Shown piece after piece: positions 1 through 9,825 of a DNA stretch of 64,000 nucleotides; the first letter of the stretch is position 1, and each line of letters begins with the position of its first letter. The translations under genes were made by a program, and so were the position numbers. Origin of the DNA: Thermoplasmatota archaeon (GTDB lineage Archaea > Thermoplasmatota > Penumbrarchaeia > Penumbrarchaeales > Penumbrarchaeaceae); NCBI GenBank assembly GCA_965234725.1, contig CBDDUX010000038.1:8257-72256 (forward strand), in the 5' to 3' direction. Below the pieces are notes generated by a model, which saw only the letters and a list, made by a program, of their open reading frames with translations, had not been told where the DNA came from and searched no databases.

Positions 1-51
1 AAAGGATCGGGAAGGACCGCAGATCCATTTCTTTGAGACAAGGTGAAGGTC

Positions 52-2178
52 ATGGGAAGGGTTCGGAGGTCCACCTACAGACAGCCTGTAACGCCAAAAG
101 GCCTTGAATCCATTGAGAAGGGGACAGTGGAATGGTTCGATACAGAGATGTACTCCAATCTCAACACGGAGGTACTAGAAGAATATCTGGACCACAAGAA
201 CAGGAATGAGAGCTTCGATCGGTCCGAATTCTCCTGGGGCAAACTCCTTTTTGTCCTTCTTGTGGTGGGTCTTCCTTTTACGGTAATCTCACAATACATT
301 GCCCTTAAGATCGGACTTGTTACAGGAGGTGCATTTTATGTTTCATACCTCGTTGGTATGGCAAAGAAATGGAAACCCACACAGGTCAATATCGCATCGG
401 GATCTGCCACAGCGGTCGACAGGACAGTAACCGGATTCGTTTTCACATTTCCTGCAATATACCTACTGGCTTACTCATCACAATATGTAATGTCCAGTGG
501 CGAACCGCTCATCCCGCCTTCACTTATAGAGGGCACCAGCATAGTGCCTCTTGCCATTATTGCATCATTCTTTGCATCTCTTATGGGTTTGATGTACTTC
601 ATAATCTTCCGCAGGTTATGGCAGGTGGAGGATCCTCTCCCGGCACCGGGTTTCCAGGCATTTGTAAAACTCCTTGACATCTCCAATAACCTTTCAGAGG
701 GCGGTGTGAAACATGCATTCAGGTCCATAAAGCTCGTTTTCTATTCTTTCCTTGGAATGTTCGCCTTCGCATTTATCAGGGATTTTCCGTTCGGTCCCAA
801 GAAACTGCCGATACTGACCTATCTGATGCAGGGCATCGGTCTGGGTGATTGGTTCAGCCATGGAAGGATACACATTCCATATTCCATGTCCAAGTGGACA
901 CATATCTCCTATGAGTTCACAGGTATCGGTTTTGCCATAGGGTGGTTCCTGAAGTTCAGATCGGCATTCATTGTGGCGGCGGGATCGTTCGTAACCTGGT
1001 TTTTTATCGTCCCCATGGCGGTATGGCTGGATGTTCCCATTTACATACCTGTCCTTGAAAAGTATGCCGGAACCGGATACCTTTCAACACATGCACTCCC
1101 CATTCCTGCAAGTGACCTTTCAAAATATATTCCCTATGCATCCCCTGCCTTCGGAGCAGCCCAGGGGATCGCGAAGATAATTGCGATCGGAGCCATCCTG
1201 GGGGGAGGATCAACGGCACTGATCAAGATGATACCCATATTCAAAACGGTCCTGACAGATATCACCAAGACAACAGGCGGGGAAAAACGGGAATGGGTCC
1301 CGGGAAAAGGCTGGTACGAATGGCCTACCCAGCATATCGGGATCGTTGCTGGGACCGCATTCATCGTCATATTCTTAGCCTTCTGGCTCTTCGGAGGTTT
1401 TCCCTGGCTTGCATCACTTGCTTTCTCAGCTCTTCTCGTGGTATTAACTTTCCTCTTAGGAGCGATCGCCGTGAAGATCTCTGGGGAGGTGGGAACTACA
1501 CCGGTATCCGGAACCTCATTTCTGACACTTCTTCTCCTTTTCGGAGTTTTCACCCTCACCAATGCCGTTGTGAAGTTCGACAGCGAGGCCCAGATCATAC
1601 TAATGGCCCTTGTTGGAACCACTGTCTTCGGATCGGCAATCTCACTTTCATCGGAGATCATGTGGGATTTCAAGGCCGGTCTTTATGCAGGCACCCGACC
1701 AATGCACCTGATCAAGGGTGAGAGCGTTGCGATCATCATAGGAACCCCGGCAGCTGCTCTGGCTGCGGTATTCTTTTCAACAAGGCTCGCCACAGGGGAT
1801 CTTATCCTTGAGGCCCCCCAGGCACATGCATTCGCAGTATTCGTTCAGATCCTCGCCGGGGGGAAGGTCATGTTCTCACTCTTCTTCCTGGGGATGGGCA
1901 TCGGTGTATTGGTAGAACTTCTGACCGGGATGGGAACTGCATTCGGATTGGGTATGTACCTTCCTCTCCAGTACACCCTTATGATGATCACAGGGGGGGG
2001 AGCAAGAGAGATCTGGGAAAGAAAATGGCTTAACAAGAAGGCCAAAGCCGAGGGATGGGAGGAGAACCAGAAGACCTTCAAACTGTTGGATTCCTATATG
2101 ATAATGACAGGGCTCTACATAGCGGAAGCCATAATTGGAACCCTCCTTGCAATTTGGCTCGTTTCACCCTTCTCCTGA
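52..2178 (+). CDS. OPT-family oligopeptide transporter
   Basis: Polytopic membrane ORF with OPT motifs (YIALKIG, FTFPA, GEVGTTPVSG, DFKAG..GTRP, APQA, AFGLGMYLP). ATG at 52 follows an AGGTGA RBS; the ORF track starts at GTG 43. Confidence 0.88.
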   Translation: MGRVRRSTYRQPVTPKGLESIEKGTVEWFDTEMYSNLNTEVLEEYLDHKNRNESFDRSEFSWGKLLFVLLVVGLPFTVISQYIALKIGLVTGGAFYVSYLVGMAKKWKPTQVNIASGSATAVDRTVTGFVFTFPAIYLLAYSSQYVMSSGEPLIPPSLIEGTSIVPLAIIASFFASLMGLMYFIIFRRLWQVEDPLPAPGFQAFVKLLDISNNLSEGGVKHAFRSIKLVFYSFLGMFAFAFIRDFPFGPKKLPILTYLMQGIGLGDWFSHGRIHIPYSMSKWTHISYEFTGIGFAIGWFLKFRSAFIVAAGSFVTWFFIVPMAVWLDVPIYIPVLEKYAGTGYLSTHALPIPASDLSKYIPYASPAFGAAQGIAKIIAIGAILGGGSTALIKMIPIFKTVLTDITKTTGGEKREWVPGKGWYEWPTQHIGIVAGTAFIVIFLAFWLFGGFPWLASLAFSALLVVLTFLLGAIAVKISGEVGTTPVSGTSFLTLLLLFGVFTLTNAVVKFDSEAQIILMALVGTTVFGSAISLSSEIMWDFKAGLYAGTRPMHLIKGESVAIIIGTPAAALAAVFFSTRLATGDLILEAPQAHAFAVFVQILAGGKVMFSLFFLGMGIGVLVELLTGMGTAFGLGMYLPLQYTLMMITGGGAREIWERKWLNKKAKAEGWEENQKTFKLLDSYMIMTGLYIAEAIIGTLLAIWLVSPFS

Positions 2179-2214
2179 TATCCCATTATATATGAAAAAG
2201 CAATATTAGGTCAG

Positions 2215-3267
2215 ATGAAGGGAAGAAACATTAAGAAGCGCAACCTAACATGGCTAGCCCTTGCTATCCTCTTCATTGTTATCATTGCCTTGTTCATCAA
2301 CTTCGGCGGAGAGATCCTTGATGAACTGGTTGGTCTCGATCCAGTATACTTATTATTTGCCCTGGCATGCTACTCAGGTGTTCAGCTGGCCTGGGCGATC
2401 AAATGGTACCTTCTCGTGAAAAGAAGGGTGAAGAATGCCTGGTTCCCTTATGTTGCCCTTGCCAACATGTATGGAAATTTCGTTAATGTTACCACTCCAT
2501 CAGGACGAATGGCCGGAGAACCCCTCAGGTCAAGGGCCGTTGCAAAAAAATACAGGGCAAGGTTCTCCACAGTATTTGCCGCAGCTATGGTGGACAAGAT
2601 GACATTGACCATAGCCATGATCATTCTTCTCATCCCACTCACGATCTACATGACCTTCACCTTTTCCATGCCCAGGATACTTGAGTATTTCATGGGGGCC
2701 TTTGTTCTTTTCTGGATCGGTGTGGCTACCATCTCCTATTTTCTCTTCAAAGGGATGGGAGAAGGGAGGTCCCGAAAGGTAGGTGACTTCATATACCGGA
2801 TCGCCAGGGTGATACTGAAGGGAAAATATAGCGACAGGGGATTCTTTGTAAACAAGGTCAAGGACGGGATCCTGGAATTCAAGAGATCGTTCAAGATCCT
2901 CTCCAAGGATCCATTCCTGCTTGCTATCGACCTTGCACTCGGAATCACGATCTATCTGTTCAGATTCGCAGCGGCCTATATGTTCTTCCTAGCTATTGGC
3001 CATTCGGAGCCCTTCCTCACTGTCTCCACGGTTGTAATGATAGCATTCATCATCGGTCTGATATCACAGCTACCCGGTATGGTGGGGGTCGGAGAATCAT
3101 CCATGACCGGTCTTTATCTGGCAACCGGTGTCAGGGTTTCGACTGCCATAACAGTATCCATCCTAACTCAGCTCAATGTTTACATCTTCGAGATAGGGCT
3201 TGGGTATCTCTCCATGATAGCCCTCAATCTGTGGAAGAGCAGGGATTCATCCTCTAAGCTCCCTTGA
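2215..3267 (+). CDS. Lysylphosphatidylglycerol synthase TM / UPF0104 flippase-like membrane protein
   Basis: Motifs 'GNFVNVTTPSGRMAGEPLR' and 'LPGMVGVGE'; several TM helices. Confidence 0.82.
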   Translation: MKGRNIKKRNLTWLALAILFIVIIALFINFGGEILDELVGLDPVYLLFALACYSGVQLAWAIKWYLLVKRRVKNAWFPYVALANMYGNFVNVTTPSGRMAGEPLRSRAVAKKYRARFSTVFAAAMVDKMTLTIAMIILLIPLTIYMTFTFSMPRILEYFMGAFVLFWIGVATISYFLFKGMGEGRSRKVGDFIYRIARVILKGKYSDRGFFVNKVKDGILEFKRSFKILSKDPFLLAIDLALGITIYLFRFAAAYMFFLAIGHSEPFLTVSTVVMIAFIIGLISQLPGMVGVGESSMTGLYLATGVRVSTAITVSILTQLNVYIFEIGLGYLSMIALNLWKSRDSSSKLP

Positions 3268-3624
3268 GGTCCTCTCCACAACGGACTTCACATTGGTGTA
3301 CCATTCCTCAATGGTCTCAATGAGCAATTCCTGAACCTTCTCGGGCTCCATAGCTTCGTATACATGGAAGATCCCCCCTCCCTCCCTGTTCCTTATCTTC
3401 TTGAAGACCAGACGATTGTCCACCAGCTTGCTAACAGATCGATAGGCAGTGGAGCGGTCCCTGCCGATCCTGTTTCCGATCTCAATTGCCGTACCTGGTC
3501 CGTTCTCTAGAAGTTCCCGGTACACCTTGAGGTCCTGGGTCGATAGATCGAAAAAGCATCGAATAGCATTCTCACAATTGGAACTCATTCTCCTGGGGAA
3601 CAGTTTCACATCCATCCGGACCAC
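3247..3624 (-). CDS. Winged-HTH transcriptional regulator (TrmB-like / COG3355 type)
   Basis: 'C....RCFFDLSTQDLKVYRELL...IGRDRSTAYRSVSKLV...GGIFHVY'; divergent from the thioredoxin gene. Confidence 0.8.
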   Translation of the reverse strand: MVRMDVKLFPRRMSSNCENAIRCFFDLSTQDLKVYRELLENGPGTAIEIGNRIGRDRSTAYRSVSKLVDNRLVFKKIRNREGGGIFHVYEAMEPEKVQELLIETIEEWYTNVKSVVERTSRELRG

Positions 3625-3670
3625 CCGACTTCACATGTAAGGGGTCAATTCGATTAGACCCTATCAACTC

Positions 3671-3695
3671 AGTTGTTCGGCATAAGCGCACAACT
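3671..3695. promoter_or_regulatory. Inverted repeat, candidate operator in the regulator/thioredoxin divergent promoter
   Basis: AGTTGTtCG-N7-CGcACAACT (9-bp arms, 1 mismatch) abutting TTTTATATATATA. Confidence 0.4.
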
Positions 3696-3727
3696 TTTAT
3701 ATATATAGCTAAAGGGGGTCTTTAAGT

Positions 3728-4060
3728 TTGAACCATAAAAATGAAGGGATCGAGGAACTGAGTGATGACATATTCGATACATACATTTCTCAGAACAGGG
3801 TCGTTCTGGTGGACTTCTGGGCACCATGGTGTATGCCATGTCAGCTCCAGGGCAGAATGCTGAAATCCAATATCGATGATCTCCCTCAGGGAGCCAAATT
3901 GGCGAAGATCAATGTTGACAACAATCCCTTGACCTCGCGTAAGTTCCATGTGAGAGGAATTCCCCAGATGCATCTTTTTGTGGATGGCAAGCTTACCAAA
4001 GGATGGACCGGGGTCACTCCAGCTAAGGTCCTTCTTAAAGAAATGAAGAGGTTCACCTAG
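3728..4060 (+). CDS. trxA: Thioredoxin
   Basis: VLVDFWAPWCMPC active site, KINVD, cis-Pro motif GIP; TTG start. Confidence 0.85.
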   Translation: MNHKNEGIEELSDDIFDTYISQNRVVLVDFWAPWCMPCQLQGRMLKSNIDDLPQGAKLAKINVDNNPLTSRKFHVRGIPQMHLFVDGKLTKGWTGVTPAKVLLKEMKRFT

Positions 4061-5226
4061 ATAAGTGGAAGTATTGCACAGTCTCTCAAATATTCTGAAT
4101 TGAGGTTGGTCATTTCACCGGATGTCCTCCCCGGAATGGGGAGCAGGCGGGCGGAAAGGGGTTTGTCCCATTTAATTGAAAGATAGGCCACATCCCTAAG
4201 AACAGATGCGATCCGATCTACTGGAGCATCCCCCGGAATAGGAACCGTATCCAGTCCTGTTCCGCATACAGCCGAATATAGGAGCAGTTTCTGAATATCC
4301 AGAGAACCAAGGTCAGCAGACCTTGCCAGACCCTTATCCTCCATGACAGGAAGCATCAGACCACTGTATCCGCATCTTTTCACTGTTACATTGGTCAGGG
4401 ATCGTGTTATCGAGGCTGTAGCTGATAAGGTTCCGCTTGAGCCGAATGGCGATCCCGTGATCTTCTCTATTGCTGAGGCAATTGAACAACCCTCATCCAG
4501 TCCGGGTGCGAAGGATAGATCGATCCCACGGTAATCGTACGAGGACCTGGAAGATATCTCAAAGCAGATCTTTTCCACCTTCTTAAGTTCCTGATCGTAA
4601 AGGTGACATAGGAACCTCTCGAACTCCTTCAGATGGGAGGTCCTCTCTGCAGCTATTTTTACCATATCACCGGATTCCATACCCAAGGTGAAAGAGGAGG
4701 CACCTCCTCCGTGATATGCGGCAGGAAAGAAAGGGATGTCCGGAGGACAGGATGCAGTGGATGAGAACATGAAGTTCCTTGACCCATCCGGTGAGATCAC
4801 GGAGACCTCCTTTATCGCTCGGGAAGCTGCCTGGATATTGTCCTCCAGAGGGCCTGTAATCCTATCACCTAGAAAAGCAGACGTGCAAACATAGGTGGTC
4901 TCCTCAAGCATCTTTGGAACCTGCTCGATAAAAGCGGATGTGATCGAAGGCCCCACTGAGATAAAGTCGATACCGTTCCTTCTTGCAGATGCTTCTATCT
5001 CCTTCACTTCGGAAAGGAGGCCCTCTCGAGACCTGTTGATAAGGAAAGTGGTCCAAGGCTGTGTGGAGAGCCGGACAGTCTGGACCTCGATCCCTGAATC
5101 GTTGAAGAGGTCCTTTGCACTTTTGAGGAAACTACCAGCTTCCTCCATCTGCTGGTCCAGATCGGAGAAGTGAATGTGGATACCAGCTGTTACGGTCCTG
5201 ACCTTCATTGAGGAGGATAGGTCCAT
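4057..5226 (-). CDS. DUF711 (UPF0210, PFL-like fold) family protein
   Basis: Motifs 'KVRTVTAG', 'PFFPAAYH', 'GIDLSFAP', 'GYSGLMLPVMED', 'SAVCGTGLDTVPIPG', 'KPLSARLLP'. Confidence 0.85.
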   Translation of the reverse strand: MDLSSSMKVRTVTAGIHIHFSDLDQQMEEAGSFLKSAKDLFNDSGIEVQTVRLSTQPWTTFLINRSREGLLSEVKEIEASARRNGIDFISVGPSITSAFIEQVPKMLEETTYVCTSAFLGDRITGPLEDNIQAASRAIKEVSVISPDGSRNFMFSSTASCPPDIPFFPAAYHGGGASSFTLGMESGDMVKIAAERTSHLKEFERFLCHLYDQELKKVEKICFEISSRSSYDYRGIDLSFAPGLDEGCSIASAIEKITGSPFGSSGTLSATASITRSLTNVTVKRCGYSGLMLPVMEDKGLARSADLGSLDIQKLLLYSAVCGTGLDTVPIPGDAPVDRIASVLRDVAYLSIKWDKPLSARLLPIPGRTSGEMTNLNSEYLRDCAILPLI

Positions 5227-5323
5227 TCATGTCAAAAAGGGTTTTGATGGGATTGAAAGAATGAACCATAAAACATCAGTTTAAAATACGATTCCATCCA
5301 ATTATTGGCCGAGTGATTGAAGC

Positions 5324-6211
5324 ATGAGACGGATCCTTGCACTGCAGATTTTTCTTGTCTTGATCCTGTCCACGGTAATATTCATCAATGAAGGGTCTGA
5401 AGCTGAAGATTCAGTAGAAGGACCGGTATTCACAGTTGTAATGGATGAGTATGTGAAGACCGCCATTGTTGCTCCCGGAACCAACGGGATCGTTACATTC
5501 TACGGAAATGTATCCTGTGTTTTCCCTGGCAATGCTACTGATGAGACCTACTACCTTATCTCTTTCAGAACTTCCTGCAGCGGTTGGCCAGTATCCTCCC
5601 TTCCTACGTTGATCGTTTCCAGAGAAAAGAACACTGTTGCCTTCCCTGTAACGGTCCAGGTCCCGTTGGAAACCTCATCCAGCAAGATGGGGAACCTTAC
5701 AATAGAACTTTTTTGGAGTGATGGTAATCCCTACAATGAGACCCGAACCATTCCTACGGTATATTGTAAGGTTGAAGTGGAACCTTATATCAGTATCGAG
5801 CTCCATGGGATCACTTACAAGGAATCGAAGAAGAGGGAATGGAAGGAATATGATATCATCATACTCAATTTCGGGAATTCACCTGTGAATATCACATTGG
5901 AGATCGAAAATCCTGGAAATCATCCACTGAACGTGGACCCAATGTATACCACTGTCACTATCCCGGAAGGCAATGAAACCATTGTCACCTTCCGGGTAAG
6001 ACAGGAAGGAGGAGGTGCCGGGTCCCATTACGTACTGCTCAAAGCGATCTCGGAGGATGGTGAAGAACTCTCGGAGATAAGTATATACTACAGGGGAGGG
6101 GTCGAAATAGATCCTGTTGTGATCTTTATCCTATCCTCCCTTGTTATCCTTGGGTTCATTGCTGTTATCTTTTCAATAAGGAAACTTCGAAAAAGAAGTA
6201 AAACTGTCTGA
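5324..6211 (+). CDS. Secreted, C-terminally anchored Ig-like surface protein
   Basis: Signal peptide, beta-rich body (N.GN motif), C-terminal TM followed by a basic tail. Confidence 0.7.
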   Translation: MRRILALQIFLVLILSTVIFINEGSEAEDSVEGPVFTVVMDEYVKTAIVAPGTNGIVTFYGNVSCVFPGNATDETYYLISFRTSCSGWPVSSLPTLIVSREKNTVAFPVTVQVPLETSSSKMGNLTIELFWSDGNPYNETRTIPTVYCKVEVEPYISIELHGITYKESKKREWKEYDIIILNFGNSPVNITLEIENPGNHPLNVDPMYTTVTIPEGNETIVTFRVRQEGGGAGSHYVLLKAISEDGEELSEISIYYRGGVEIDPVVIFILSSLVILGFIAVIFSIRKLRKRSKTV

Positions 6212-6624
6212 GTCAATAATGGACCATTAAGTGAAAAGCTTTATTTTCTCTACAATATCCCTACGATCCGATGAAGAGAGGTCACATAATAATCATGTCA
6301 AGATTTCTGTTTATAATCATTCTATGTATGAGAAAGTCAAACAACCAATGGATATCCTGAGTGAATTCTCATGGAAGATCGAAGATGGGAGCAGTTGTGA
6401 TCTAAGAGAATTCCATATTATCTATTATATCAATGAGGGGATGGAAAAGGGTTTCCTGAGGATAAGGTTCATTTCACGAACCTTCAGAGATAGAATATCA
6501 TTTCCAGCATATGGAATGATATCCATATTGGAATTTACTACCCGATTTGTCAATAAGGATCCAACAAAGGATTTATCTCGGTACAATCACATTGCCCGGA
6601 TGGTCCAAAGGTGAAAGTGAGCTT

Positions 6625-9228
6625 ATGTCCAGAGAAAGTCCGAAAAGGATCACACGAAGGAAGCTGACGGCGATCGGGACGGTATCATTATTGGTGATAT
6701 CCGCTATTGTAATTTTCCTTTACATTGATCTGAAAGAGGATGGAGCATTGCCCTTGGCAACGATGGATGATCTACTGAATTCAAGATCCGAGAGGAGCGG
6801 AAACGATCCCGATGTGATCATCGTCGATAAAGATCTACCGTACATGGTACTGGCAGCAACATCAATTGCAGTCTATTACCAAGATAATGAAAGGATCTCC
6901 TCACCGCTCCTGTGTACCGGGGACAACCCGGACACACCCGATGAGGGGAGTTCAAAATCAACAGAGAGCTTCCTGGACGCTTACCCTCATTCCAATGTAC
7001 TAAACATCGATTCACACTCGGCCATGGAAGAAACGATAAAGCTCGCAAAAACCTACTGGAAATCCTCTGATGGTGCAGTGCTCGTGAAAATGGATACTGA
7101 CGGTTATGAGATGGCCATAAGCGCGGTCGTAATAGCCAGCTACCTGAATATTCCCGTATTGATAATGGAGGACCAGAGTTCGGAAGTGGATCAAACGCTA
7201 TCTCTTCTGGACGTAAAATACACGATCCTATGTGGAGACCTTAGAGGATACGGTAAGATCTGGCCACTTCACTCGAATGAGGAGATCAATTCGATCCTGG
7301 CCACAGGTCATCCGGACTCGAAAAGTGAGATGAGATCCATCTTGAAGGACCGGCTTGGAATGGATGCAAATTATATCGTTTTGGCAAATCCGAACGATAT
7401 TCGGGTGCCTGGTGTCATCGATTCCTTCACCAAGGAATTCACCGGGATCGTGAAACATTCGGATACGGGATCAACCTCTTTCCCGACCTCATCTGGGGAT
7501 GCACCCACTTTTTACATGAACATTCCTGAAGATTACCAATATACCAGGGTCACGGTGGATTCCTCAATGGACTGCATTGATCCAAGGAATTTCGGAACGG
7601 CAGAAACGCATGGAGAGCGGTCCTATGTCTATTTCGGTATCGATGAAGATAAGGACGGACAGATGGTCCATGACGGTGACTCCGAACCAGATACGCTGCA
7701 TTTCATGTCCCCTTCCCTTGCATATTCATATTCCGGGTCCGGATCCAGTGTTCAGGCGGTCTGTCATACCGATTATCCGATCTTCAATTCCACCGGTGAG
7801 AAATGCATCCAGATCAAAGCCTCTCTCGATTACAAGGTGACACAGGATTCCCATCTTCCCGGCCCTGGTATTACCAAGGATATGTTTGGGTCCGAAACAA
7901 CATTCACGATCACCGTCACGGTTGAGAAACTGGATTCTTACATCTATCCCAGGCTCGTGGGCGGCTCTTCCCTTGCCTCCTATCTTGCAGCGTTCAGGGG
8001 TGGGATCGTCCTCGCCGATCCCGGTTATTCTGTCCATGACGAGGAGATGGTTGCAAATGCCAACTGTGGAGATCCAACTGCAAACGAGGAACTCTATGAG
8101 AATATCAATACACGTACAATGAAGGTGAAAAACGACCTGAACGACCTGCTTGGAGACCTGGCAGATGTTGACGGGAATGATTGGGGCAGTGTAGCAGAGG
8201 TCTATGGTTCCAGAGACCTATCCGACCCGATGTATGTCGGGATCTTGGCTGACCCATTCATGATCCCTCAGTTATACTACACGAACACACAGGGAGATTA
8301 CGGTGAGTCAGAAGGTTTCGGAACCCCTTCGGACAATGGATACGGCAACATAGATGCTGATCTTGAGAATCTGCCATTCAATGTAGATGGAAGCGCCCCC
8401 ACACTGGAATTGGCTGTGGGAAGAATGACCGGCTGGGATATTCAGGACACATCCTCGCTCCTTGCCAGGACCTTCTTCTACGATGATATCATAGATTCAT
8501 ATCCAGGTCATTCAGGATCGTTCAAGGACAGCGCACTGAGTACACATGGGACCGTAGTGCCTGTTGGAGCGGCAGAGACCGTCGTGAAGAAACTGGAAGC
8601 TGCATATGAACAGGCCGGTTTCACTGTGGATGCATACCACAATTTCGCCCTGTCGGATTCAAAGTATTCAGCAGAATATTACGAGACCTCCAATTTCATA
8701 TTCGAATGCGCTCATGGACATTATTACTGGTTCGTCCCTCCGGGTTACAAGGACACCAGTGCGGGGGGAGGTTTCACGGTTGCTAACGTGCAGGATATGG
8801 ATTTCGGTCCTGGAGTGATATTCGCCTCATCGTGCGTTACAGGAAAAGTGGACGGGATACCTCTATACAATGGTCTCTCTCAGACTTTCATCCATTCAGG
8901 AATGAATGCATATGTCGGAGCATCCCGATTATCATGGGGGTCGCTCATACCCAGTCCCATGGCATCTCCATCCGGGGAGGCTCTGGGAGGTTATGTTGGA
9001 CTCCTCTTCTACGGTTATCTAACTGGTTTTATATATGACAGGGATGGAGGGCTGAGATCGGAGGGTGTAGGGGACCTTTCCGTAGGAGCGGCTTTGATGC
9101 ATGCAAAGAACGATTTCACACTGGAAGAAGGGTCGGATGGAGGGGGACCGATCGACGATACGGTGGAAGAGTTCAATCTACATGGAGACCCTGCGTTCAA
9201 CCCTTATGAACCAATATTCGACAGTTGA
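6625..9228 (+). CDS. C25 (gingipain-like) cysteine peptidase, N-terminally membrane-anchored
   Basis: 'SDNGYGNID', 'LAVGRMTG', His motif 'AHG', Cys motif 'ASSCVTG', 'FNLHGDPAF'; cell-wall-binding-2-like segment; ATG 6625 after GGTGA (track starts at 6547). Confidence 0.75.
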   Translation: MSRESPKRITRRKLTAIGTVSLLVISAIVIFLYIDLKEDGALPLATMDDLLNSRSERSGNDPDVIIVDKDLPYMVLAATSIAVYYQDNERISSPLLCTGDNPDTPDEGSSKSTESFLDAYPHSNVLNIDSHSAMEETIKLAKTYWKSSDGAVLVKMDTDGYEMAISAVVIASYLNIPVLIMEDQSSEVDQTLSLLDVKYTILCGDLRGYGKIWPLHSNEEINSILATGHPDSKSEMRSILKDRLGMDANYIVLANPNDIRVPGVIDSFTKEFTGIVKHSDTGSTSFPTSSGDAPTFYMNIPEDYQYTRVTVDSSMDCIDPRNFGTAETHGERSYVYFGIDEDKDGQMVHDGDSEPDTLHFMSPSLAYSYSGSGSSVQAVCHTDYPIFNSTGEKCIQIKASLDYKVTQDSHLPGPGITKDMFGSETTFTITVTVEKLDSYIYPRLVGGSSLASYLAAFRGGIVLADPGYSVHDEEMVANANCGDPTANEELYENINTRTMKVKNDLNDLLGDLADVDGNDWGSVAEVYGSRDLSDPMYVGILADPFMIPQLYYTNTQGDYGESEGFGTPSDNGYGNIDADLENLPFNVDGSAPTLELAVGRMTGWDIQDTSSLLARTFFYDDIIDSYPGHSGSFKDSALSTHGTVVPVGAAETVVKKLEAAYEQAGFTVDAYHNFALSDSKYSAEYYETSNFIFECAHGHYYWFVPPGYKDTSAGGGFTVANVQDMDFGPGVIFASSCVTGKVDGIPLYNGLSQTFIHSGMNAYVGASRLSWGSLIPSPMASPSGEALGGYVGLLFYGYLTGFIYDRDGGLRSEGVGDLSVGAALMHAKNDFTLEEGSDGGGPIDDTVEEFNLHGDPAFNPYEPIFDS

Positions 9229-9302
9229 TCACTTGAATCTACAATACGATCCTATACAAATAATTCGATGAAGCATTTTTCATAGTGAAGGGATAGATCG
9301 TT

Positions 9303-9752
9303 TCAGGCATCTATCTCAACCTGGATTCCTGGTCCTAAACCATATTCCTCTGAAAGGCCCTGATTCACTTCTACAACATAGAGACAAGGTCCTCCGCTGG
9401 AAAAGCGGTCTACTTCATTGTCCTTCTTACCTGCACCGGAATTCGCCTCTGATATCTTGAGGACATGCAGGTCCTCTGAAATGAAGATGATATCCAGGTC
9501 CAGATAGGTATCCTTCATCCAGAAGGTTACATTCCTGGGAGTATCGTAGACAAAGACCATTCCTTCCTTTTCTCCAAGGGAGGTCCTCAGCATCAGGCCC
9601 TTGGTCCTCTCGAAATCATCATCTGCTATCTCACATCGGACCACAAGGTCCTTCCCCTCGAGATCGAACCTGACAATGGCCAAAGATCCCTGATCCTTCT
9701 CTTCCGGTCCATCCCTTATAGGCATGATACCTGCTAGAAATAGGGAGATCAA
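9303..9752 (-). CDS. DUF192 (UPF0127) protein
   Basis: 'EIADDDFERTKGLMLR..GMVFVY...FWMKDTYLDLDIIFI...YVVEVN'; start codon uncertain. Confidence 0.85.
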   Translation of the reverse strand: MISLFLAGIMPIRDGPEEKDQGSLAIVRFDLEGKDLVVRCEIADDDFERTKGLMLRTSLGEKEGMVFVYDTPRNVTFWMKDTYLDLDIIFISEDLHVLKISEANSGAGKKDNEVDRFSSGGPCLYVVEVNQGLSEEYGLGPGIQVEIDA

Positions 9753-9825
9753 GATCAGTGTGAATATCAGGATAGTTCGGTCGATTTGGATTCCCCGGGT
9801 GGTGTAAGAGTTTCAGAGGTTAAAA

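Noticed and set aside
1..36. 3' end of an upstream gene (KGSGRTADPFL*)
   Set aside because: Too short to support a call.
6231..6614. 127-aa ORF in an AT-rich intergenic region
   Set aside because: No recognisable motif, atypical composition; probably spurious.
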